Source: Tubiluchus corallicola (lineage: Eukaryota; Animalia; Priapulida). Taken from it: a DNA stretch of 64,000 bases. Position numbers and translations under genes: made by a program. This document shows, piece by piece, positions 54,135-64,000 of the stretch. How positions within the stretch are numbered: the stretch's first letter is position 1; every line of letters begins with the position of its first letter. A model generated the notes under the pieces. It was not told the DNA's origin, searched no databases, and saw only the letters and a list, made by a program, of their open reading frames with translations. The stretch covers positions 121,776 to 185,775 of the forward strand of contig JAQGDQ010000455.1 of NCBI GenBank assembly GCA_030141605.1, in the 5' to 3' direction.

Positions 54135-54600
54135 TGAGTTGATTATTCTCGTCTATATAAGGAAACCGGATAATTCTGCAAACATTAGTTCAGAATAAAG
54201 AATGCTCTAAAATATTGAAAACTACGATAGTTTTTTTAAATGAAAGCTTAGATTAAATAATAATTGGAATTAATTATCTCGGATACTCAAATTTCGTTAA
54301 ACTTTCAAAGCTACGCGCCGCTCAGTGAATCTGCTAAGATTGGCAACGGCGCCTTTTTGTCACATTCGCGTGGTCGACAAATAGAAGGTTGTACCATGAT
54401 AACCATGATCATGTACTGCAGTGTTAATTTCTGATGTCATGTGACGTAGAGCCCATTTTCGTGACATCACGCGTTTAAGCAGCAACGCTTACGCGAACAT
54501 GCTTGACCCGCAAGGGAAGATGCCTACCATTGCACAAACTGTGGTTAGTTTCTGACGTAAACAATAGTTGTGTTCGGTTGCCGTTAATTAACTTTCTAAG

Positions 54601-54932
54601 CTAGTTATTCTAATATAAGAAACAATTGCTAAACTTTTATAGGCAAGAAAATGTATATTTTGGACAGTAAATGAAAATGAAATTGAGTCAAAACAATCGT
54701 TCGGTTTTCCTTTAACGTTCACTATAGTGCGGAATGTGTAACGTCACACTATGGTCATGCGCATTGCTAATTATTCAAATATAGGAAACAATTGCTAAAC
54801 TTTTATAGGCAAGAAAATGTATATTTTGGACAGTAAATTAAACTGAAATTGAATCTAAACAATCGTTCGGTTTTCCTTTAACGTTCACTATAGTGCGGAA
54901 TGTGTAACGTCACACTATGGTCATGCGCATTG
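54601..54932. repeat. 166-bp tandem duplication inside a probable non-autonomous element (~54160-55910)
   Basis: Units 54601-54766 and 54767-54932 are nearly identical; a diverged related unit follows to ~55270. Confidence 0.9.
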
Positions 54933-55914
54933 CACGAGAACCCAGTTTCAGGTGTGAATTTTGGGCTGTTTAGCCTGGATTTTGTCGATCGATATTCATA
55001 CTCATTTAGCTGTCTTAACTCATAAACCGAAGAAGGATATAAAAAAGGTGAGACAGAAAGTTTCAAGTGGGATTTCAAACCACAACGTTTAGATGTAAAA
55101 TAAACATTGTAACCTGCTAAACATGCCGTCTGCATTAATTTTCCCATCTATTAACGTAGCCTAGAGTGTAAACAGTGTGACGTAAGACTACGGTGTGCGC
55201 ATTGCTGGGGAGTTTAGATGTGGCATTTCCGCTATTTTCGCCTGGATTAGTCGATCGATGTTTGCTCTCATTTAGGTTTTTTCAGAGAAAAAACTTATGT
55301 CGTTTTGTTGCGCAGCTTTTTTTCTTCTAAAGAGCTATAAAACTCTCTTACACGTTCCCATAACATTCCCGACGAACGTTTTTTTCTCGACCATGTTTCG
55401 TGAACATTTCAATACTGAAATCGGACCTTCTTACCTTTAACCAGTGATCTTGAGTCCAAGTGTCCACAAATTCACCAAAACATATACCATTCGATGTGCT
55501 TATTGAGGCCTTTCGTTTGATATATTACACACTACTATTATACAACACTGGAAACGTTGTTGTCCACGACCCCATCGATTTTGGTTTTTGCCCCGCCCGT
55601 TCGAAAAATTTTCACCTATGCAAATAGCTCGTATTAAGCCTTGCACAACGACTCGACCCCACCTAGGTACATACCAAATATTGTGGTCCTAACTCGAAAC
55701 TGTAGGAGGAGATCCAGTCTCACGAAAAAAACGCCCCTTCGCTCTGTGACCTTTGACCCGAGGGCTGCGCGTCACATATGAGCGTAAATCGCCTTACCTG
55801 GACTGTGTGCTGTGTGAGTTTCGTGGCCGTAGCCCTGTGCGTGTGCGAGTTATTAAAGAAACAAAAAGGCGGAATAATAATAAAACCGGGGTAAATCAAG
55901 AAGATTCTACTGTA

Positions 55915-56201
55915 AGATAATCAGAGCATTCGTAGCGCACTCTTCCCTAACTAAGCAAAAGTATGAATTGCTTTATATTGTCAATAAGATCAAAAATGTT
56001 ATTTTCGATGAATCAGTGGTGCACACTGGGATGGCAATGCTCTGACGTTTTGCCAGGTGGTGTGAACGTTTAAAATTATGAATTTTCTTTTTCAGTTACA
56101 TTGTCTTTCAAACAGGTAAGCGTAATGCTATGTAATATAACTTTGTATGGAAAGTTCTTTGGTATATACTTTAAGATTCCATTTTCTTCTTCCCCTTTTA
56201 A
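55915..56201 (+). mobile_element. Dispersed repeat family B, copy 4 (3' half)
   Basis: agagcattcgtagcgcac...ttcccctt|ttaa. Confidence 0.7.
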
Positions 56202-57589
56202 AGGGAGCTGCTGTGAGCCCAAATAATAATGCCATGCATTTGCTAAGTGCACATGCGCTGCTCAAAGCTCTGAAAATAATCTTTCTTCGCGCGGTCATTA
56301 AAAAAGTTATTTTCAGGGTTGAGCAGTTCGTGTGCACTTAGCAATGCATGATTATAACTGCATGATTACAGGTTTTATTACGACTTCAGACTCCTGCCTA
56401 TGTGATCATGTAGGTGAAAAGCAAAAATACTGAAATTCAGTGCTATGATTTTATTGGTAAGTTAGGGTGACTGAGAAGTAGCCCCCAGCAAAATGTTGAT
56501 CACGTGGGTCAAGGGCCAAGAGCTTTTCCTATCTAGGCAACGCATTTAGGCTATGTAAATGTTGTATACAGTAAATAAGTTCTTCGTGCTTGTCGATGGC
56601 CAAAAAGCACACAGCGTTAATCTATAGCTAGGCAGATATTGCACACAATGATATGACAGGTATTACTAACTCGCATTCTCATCTTCAACACTCTTTATTT
56701 AAATTGAACAATATTTATTTAAATTTATCCCATAGCGATAGTCGGCGCTGGCTATTACAAAACAGTAGTTGAGCACCGGTCAGCAGATGCGGTCAGTTTT
56801 TATAGTCGCAGTTGGATGCTATTCGCCAAGAAGTTAGCAGGAGTTATTGTATGCCAGGTAGCCGGCTGGCTTATGCGTGGGCCAAGCTGAAGAAAACTTT
56901 AGTACATTTTTTAAACTAAATATCTTATGAACATATAAAAGCGCTTACAAATATATAAATTTTATTTGTTTTTAGTGTGTTTACAGTACACCACAATAAT
57001 AACTGATATATGTAATTTTGTCTCCACTGTCTGCAGTGCACAGAAAATTTTAGGTCAGTAAATACAATTAAATGACAGAGTTATTTCCAGAATAATTACA
57101 TAGTCAATTAATGCACAACAATGTGTCCAACAATCCATATATACATTTAATTCGAAGTACAGTCAATTGGTACTTAATTCGGAATACACGACGCATAGAC
57201 TAATAGCTCTCATTTATTTATTTAAATTGCCATGGCATTTTATATAGTTTCAAGCTATTATCACTGGTTACTGATCATCAGAATTTAAGGAGTATCATCG
57301 GAAAATACCTATAACGGCTGTGCTGGTCGCAAAAGTTGCGGGTACCCGTTTCCTCCCTATTGCATATTCAACAGCTATGTAGGCATTTGGGGAGGGGGGC
57401 TCTTTACAATTCTTATTAGTATTTAACATTAAACAGTGTTCAACATTCATTTCACAGATGCACCATTGGACTTCTAGTCTTTTACAACATTTTTAATGTG
57501 CGATTTGTCTTGTTACTATTACGTTAGGTTGTCAGCCGCGTGCTAATTTAACTTAGTTAGATTTAATTGTGATTTATGATGCATTACTC

Positions 57590-57705
57590 TAGAGGGCCTA
57601 ACCTTTACGACAAGCGTACTGGTTCGTTAAACCGATCCAACCACGTCTTTCTTCCTGGTCGGGGGTTAGTTGGGTAGAGGCCATTAAACCGGGTCTGACC
57701 CGTTC
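57590..57705 (+). mobile_element. SINE-like fragment
   Basis: ggttcg B-box remnant followed by gaggccattaaaccgggtc, resembling invertebrate SINE cores. Confidence 0.3.
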
Positions 57706-60401
57706 TCAGTAGTTTTTACAAAAATTAGTTGTCATTGACTTTCACTCTTTAACCAGAAATTCGGAATTCATACATATCACTACACTATAACTATAGTATA
57801 CATATTCCTATATGCATAATCAATAGCTAAAACAAGTAGCTAACAGAGTATAACTAAAAAGATAAGCGAACAAACGCTGTGATTGATGATGATGCTGACG
57901 ACGACAACATCGGCGCTGAGCACGATCACGATATCGACGACGACGGCGAAGAAAAATATATTGCTACGATATGTTGCTGATTATGATAATTAATGAAAAT
58001 GGTTACAATTTACAGAGAACATGAATCAATTGCCAAAAAAATCCTACTTGCTTATTGGATAGTTTGTGTTTGTAAAGAACTTGCTGAAATTCCCTGGCTT
58101 CTATGTAGATCAACAAAGCATTAACTAAGAACTAGTTACCAATAAACAATAATCAATGAAATGAACAAACAAGCAAGCAGGCAGGTGTACAAACGAACAA
58201 ACACTTCATTAGAGAGTTCTTGGAGAAATTACTTTTTTGAGTAGGTTGTACCAAATCATGACAAAGTGGTAGAACTCATACCCCAGAACTTTGCCATAAA
58301 TTGGAATCCAGCACTCAACTCACAGATCATTCAGCTTGGATGTTCGTGGCGAGACCGGAACCTAAATTCTAAAGACTGTGCCTTTAGGATGATCCACTGA
58401 ATCAGCAGAGATGTCTTAGCCATGTTCGGATGTGAAAACTTTCTTCTCTGTTAAGTGAACCATAATAAGCATCTGTCCATTAAGTGGCCGGCCTCAACAT
58501 GCTATTCTCAACTCTTGACCGGCAAGAGACTATGCAAGTGACCATTCCGTAATGCGTTTCGCTTCTGTTTACGCTATATGTATTTGAAATCTGAACAACT
58601 TTAATTCACCTTACGTACTTGCATAAGTCAAACAGCTTTTTAAACTTGATTGACAACATTCCTGATATAATAAACAACTTACCTGATCATATTATCCCAT
58701 AAACTTCAGGCTCGCACTGCTCTGGCTAACAAAACATATTTCAGCAAGTATCTATCAGTGATTATTGCTGTTGCTGCATACTACTAAAACATGCTGCTAC
58801 CTAAGTTATATTTCATTTACTTAAGTTTATTGGGCATAACAATTATGCAATTATAAAAGGTCTACAACAGTATAATACCCAACATTTGAACAGATTTAAT
58901 TTACATATTGACATTAGTAGTATAAAGCGAATAGTAGTATAATGGTGGTGGCGGCGGCGGATGTGGTAGTAATGATGGTAACAGGAATATAGTAACAGTC
59001 CTTTTACAAAAAATTTAAATGAAATCAAAAATTTTCCATGCGAGACCTTGTAACCGTCGGCAAACGAAAAAAGTAAGGCAGTTGACCCACATGCCCTCTC
59101 TCACGTAAACTCTCTTTTTCTGGTACATTATGTGTTCTTCAGTGTTGCTCAAAACACCTCACAACTTGAGAATCGTATGCGAAATTTCTGCCGATTACGT
59201 GTTTTTATTTTCTAATCATCGACCTTCTTCATTATTTACCTTGTTAATTTGTAGTCATTACAGGCTTTCCCGCATAAAGGCGTGTACAGCTTGCCAGGCG
59301 AAGAACCCCTTCCACCCGATCTCACGTTCACCAGAAATACTTGGGAATCATTAGAATTCCGTCGCCTTTGCGAATGACGAGGGCAAATTAGGACAGCCGT
59401 TGACGAGAATCGAACTTTCGCTCTGTTGATCACCCTGCTTGCTTTTTAACTGGCAGAATTATCTGCAGAGTTTAGCTGTGCTCTTCCTATAACTAGCTTC
59501 CTGTTTCTGCCTCCTCATTACCTTTGATTGATCATTAGTGGTGTGACTCATTATTTGTCTTCAATTGAATTAGAGCAGTCATTTGAAAACTTTTTATTGG
59601 CGTGCTTTCCCATGCACTTAACAAATCAAACCTGGTTTGTGGGATTGTCGGTCTCGGCTCTTAGTTAACACAGCCGCCTTTAAGGCCGTTAATTACAAAC
59701 TGGAAAAATTTATGCATGGGGTCTTTTCGTGACATCTTTCCAACGTAGACGCACTTTTTTAAGACTTTGGGTATGCACTAATAAAGAACCGTTAGATGAT
59801 CAGTTTTTTTAATAAACTTGTTTGTCAATTTTAGTTTGATAAACCGTTAATCTGATCATGTAAACAGCGAAACTGACAAACTTTTAATTTGAATTTATCG
59901 AACAAAGACCAACAAACTCAGACTCAACAGCCAATATCGTTGCGCGCTCGTGACATCATCGCGATTGTTTATTTTCACGCGGGGGAGGAAACTAATGACA
60001 ACTAAAAATTACATTCACATCTACTGTAAAGCTTTAATTAGCTCCAGGGGTTATTTTACAATGGGATTGAACGTCGGATTAACTCTGCAATTTGCACGGA
60101 TGTTAAAACACAAGTGCATGTCCCATCAGATAAAATCTCTGAAAAAATAATCTCATTTGTTCTTAATTGCGTTCTTATTAATGCAGCAAGGCAGTGAAAT
60201 ATAAGACGAACAGAATTTTTGGCTGGTTGATACTAGAACATGGAAACAGTGGAAGGGTAGAAGTAGCAGTAATGCAAAGGAAATTCTGATTTTGCGGTTC
60301 TTTCTGCTTTCGCACAATCAGTCATTCAGTTAAACAACTGTATCTACAAATCAACTAAAAAATTGGCAACAGTACAGTTTTTCGTGTTATAAAGACGCTG
60401 G

Positions 60402-60640
60402 TTAGTTAAACTTGTGTTTAATGCAATAAATAGCCAAATACTGAAGGTCATACATGTAATTCAAGTCACGCGGCGTCTCAACTTTTAATCCTTTAAAAAT
60501 CAAGCTGTAACTGTCCTTTTCAATTTTTCGCTGTAGCCATTTTTTCGTCCAAACTTTCTCTTTTTTCATTTTCTCATTTTTAATCGCACAAGCTAGCACG
60601 GCTTACAACAAAGCACGTTTGTATGTTGGCGCCATAAGTT
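60402..60640 (-). mobile_element. Harbinger transposase N-terminal relic
   Basis: KVWTKKWLQRK..DSYSLIFKGLKVETPRDLNY (~RxWxRxWL.RR...G....L.EL..ED...NY). Confidence 0.55.
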
Positions 60641-63401
60641 GACTGAGAGACTGGCACTCCGTGCTCGCTGAACAGTTATTACCAGAGTTTGACAAGAGTA
60701 AAGCTTGATGTCGTCTAATGAGAGTTTTTGTTTGCAAGTTTAAAAACTGCTCGTGTAAACGGACAATAAGGCATGTCAAGTAAAGAATGTCCCGACGTTG
60801 CATTGGTGACTGGTGTATTTTAACTAAGGTTGTTTGTTCTTTGTGTAAGTTTGTATTTGCTCATTTTTATTAGATTATCCATACAAGATACACTTTTGAC
60901 TCAGTTTATTTATGCACAGCAAGTTTTTGTCGTAAATTTTTATGTTTCGTTGATTATCTGTGTTTGAATACTACATTGTGTAGTAGTGTCGTTAATTCTT
61001 CGTTGATATGTCTTTATAAGATAAGTGTGATTTATTGTGTGTTTTTACTGTTATGTCATTCCACAAGCTTTCATTGCACTGGTATTGCATGGTGCATCTT
61101 TGTGTTGTATTGTTTCTTCAACATGCAGTTTAGTCTGCATTGTTCGTATGCCTACATTACGCATTTTTAGCATGGTTGTGGCTGTGTAACCTTATTTTGC
61201 TCTGTCGTTCTCTCAAATGGGTTACTATCTAATGAAAGCTTTACTTGTATATCCAAGGATTCACTGAGATTACCATATGCCGTCTCAATTATTACTTGAT
61301 TAACAATCTGCCTTTGCTTATTACGCATCTTCGGTATCTTCATGAATGTGCTTAGTGAACCTGAATTTAGCCTAGGTTTGGCATAACTGCTAGGTGTAAT
61401 TAATATTTATTAGGCCAAAGTTATGGGAAGTGTTCACAATAATATTATATAAAAATGGTACATAGCACAGAATTCAGAATTTTAGCGTTCGGCTTCACTT
61501 TTACTGTAGTTTAATTTTCTGTTTAAAATGCTGTCTTCAGTCTTGCTATGAACCGTGTCCGTTTACCTCTCAGTAAGTCTTCAAAACTCTACTTCTCACT
61601 GACCGCTTCGTTGTTAATTTTCTTCTGTTATTATCGTATGATAGCTGCACATTCGTCTTGAATTTGAGTCTCACAGGAGTTTGGTAAGGTTTGTAGTGAA
61701 CAATGAATCAAAAGAAAATTCTGAAAAAGTGTGGATGTTTTCACCCTTCAAAATGTGTGGATCAGGCAAAGTTAGAAATTGAAATTCTGCAGGACTCTGT
61801 TACTGTAAATTCAGCATCCACTACTTCAGTGCCTGTGGCCTTTGCATCCTCAACATCAGCATTCACAGTTTCAGCGTCCGTGACATGAGCCTCAGTAATT
61901 AACGCATATTAACGTTACGGACTTGTCCACCTAATGTCTAATTAAGGGTAATTTACCTAATGTGTTTTTTCAAGGGACCATTTAATTGCACATGGGGACG
62001 CGCAGGTAAAGTGGCCTGGAAGAAGCGAACGTCGTCCAGGTTTTTTGTTTTTTAAATGTACTTGCGTTAGGTTACACATAAGCTGAAGTAAGTTGTGTTA
62101 TTTGAGGCTTTGTGTTCCTGGTGCGTGACGTGGCTCCATGAGGGATAGTACGTGTTTTGCACCCAAGACTCACTGTAGGCATAGCTATTGCCACTGTAGT
62201 GCTAGTAATAATTAGTTAACTAATTCCACAAATGATTCAGCACGTAGGGATTTTTTACTACAGTTTTTAGACTACACGTTGTTTTATTGCTTTGATTTAC
62301 CGTGTTGCTATGAAATTTCTCTACTAATTTTAGGCTTGGCTGATGAGGATGGTAAAAGATTATACCGAAACTTGCGGCTGCGTTTAATTTTCAAGAAAAT
62401 CATTGTAGCACAAGATCATGCGTCCAAGACAATTACTTTTGGAAACGATTCAGAACCGTAAGAGTTTGCTGCATTTTGCAGAAGTTCATGAAAAAATGCT
62501 CTCATTAAGCAACGATTACACTATATTTGATAATTTTTATAGGTTTCTACTCCTCACACAACGGGCTTTCATGCAAAATTACACTTGAAGTGCACTTATT
62601 TACCTTAAACAAATTAAAAATCGATTTTCGACGATACAATTAAAAAAAGGTTTCGGGTAACTGTTGTGTTTACACTCTAACAATGAACAGTATCACTTGT
62701 GTGAAATCGGCTAATGCAGAAAATTTCAACTGTCCAGACACAATACTCTGTTACACTCTGGCTTGAAGTCTGCTCTATTTTTAAGGCGAAATTCCTGTTA
62801 AAAGAGGAAAGGACCTTAATTTGTACTTGGCTGATCGATTGGTTTCTCCTGGAACTCAGCACAGCAGACAGTTCTCTTGGGCTAGCAAGCAGGCGATCAA
62901 AAAAATAGTGTGTACAGTGACGCAGGTGTGCACCAGACTAAGCTACTCGATCGGCTAAGTTGGAGTGCCTGAATTAGGCATGTTTTTCTTAAATTTATCT
63001 AATTAAGTAACTTACAAATGCTTGAACAAATAGCATGATTGGATGCCGAGATTTTCCTGAATAGAACAGTACCTAATTTATAATCATTTAGTTATGTCTG
63101 TGCTCATACAGTAGCAGAGAAGTCAGATAAGACATATAAGGTCTTATAAGACATATTTTGAGTGGTACGGTCCTATAGTTTTCATATAGTTAAATAGAGT
63201 GAATAACAACTTTGGAAAACAATAGTACATTCTTGAATATAAGATGCTATATATTGATAGTATTAAACAATCTGCAAATATCATGGCTTGAGTAGAATAT
63301 AGATGCATCCAATATTATGGTCGTATTTCAAGAGTAATTGCATTTTATATCCAATAATGCTATACTATATTATATGTATATATGTATGTATATATTGTAT
63401 G

Positions 63402-63403
<2 letters not shown>

Positions 63404-63475
<72 letters not shown>
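63404..63475. repeat. (TA)n(GA)n compound microsatellite
   Basis: Direct reading. Confidence 0.95.
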
Positions 63476-63476
<1 letters not shown>

Positions 63477-64000
63477 AATATTACGTAAAATGTCGTATGG
63501 TATAAAATTATATAAATAAAATAAATATACATAAATATACCTATATATCAGTATATTTCTTTTAGTAAAATAATTTTACACAATACGACATTTTCCATTC
63601 TTTTCGTAAAATAATTTTGTACCTTGCGACATTTTCCGTAATGGTGATCTCTAATGGATGCTGATTCTGTTCTACGTTCAGTTCACTATGGGCTACTCAT
63701 TATTAATATCTCACTCTGAATTGTTGTCCAGCGTAATGGTAGCTTAATTAGATGTAAGTTCCGTGCGCTGGGGAATGTAATATGACCAGTCATTTGTTAT
63801 GTAGCGTGAATTATACATGCTTATTATTAACTACTCGCTTGCCTGTAATATAAGAGATTCCGAATTGAAGTTATTTAGGCCTAATGATGATTTGTATGAT
63901 TTTTTTCTGTATATATTCTGGTTTTATGTTTACAGTAAATTATATAAATGTGTTTTGGGATAATATTTGCACATAATGTTGTATCTACTGAAACTCATTA

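Noticed and set aside
59130-59354. ORF with acceptor-like sites as receptor exon 2
   Set aside because: No frame gives the expected ECL2 (QCVT-like) or hydrophobic TM5 sequence

Overview
AT-rich, repeat-dense genomic DNA from an invertebrate animal with spliceosomal GT-AG introns. Two host genes are on the + strand. (1) A complete single-domain (~50 kDa type) hexokinase gene at 7883-13644, with a TATA/CRE promoter, eight shared coding exons and two intact paralogous terminal exons (12210-12290 and 13555-13644). The two terminal exons encode alternative versions of the C-terminal DGSGxGAA helix, giving predicted 492- and 495-aa isoforms. (2) The first coding exon (TM1-TM4) of a GnRH/AKH/ACP-receptor-family GPCR at 44556-45188; I found no later exon in the window. 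The rest is layered transposon debris: a near-full-length decayed LINE with gag knuckles, APE, RT and a C-terminal CCHC; several smaller LINE fragments; Academ, PIF/Harbinger and Gypsy coding relics; hAT-, Academ-, Harbinger- and Kolobok-like MITEs; tRNA-derived SINE heads; microsatellites; and local duplications. The best candidate for new biology is the ancient duplicated alternative last exon of hexokinase, which is flanked by RBFOX/QKI-type motifs. All calls were made by eye without database searches.
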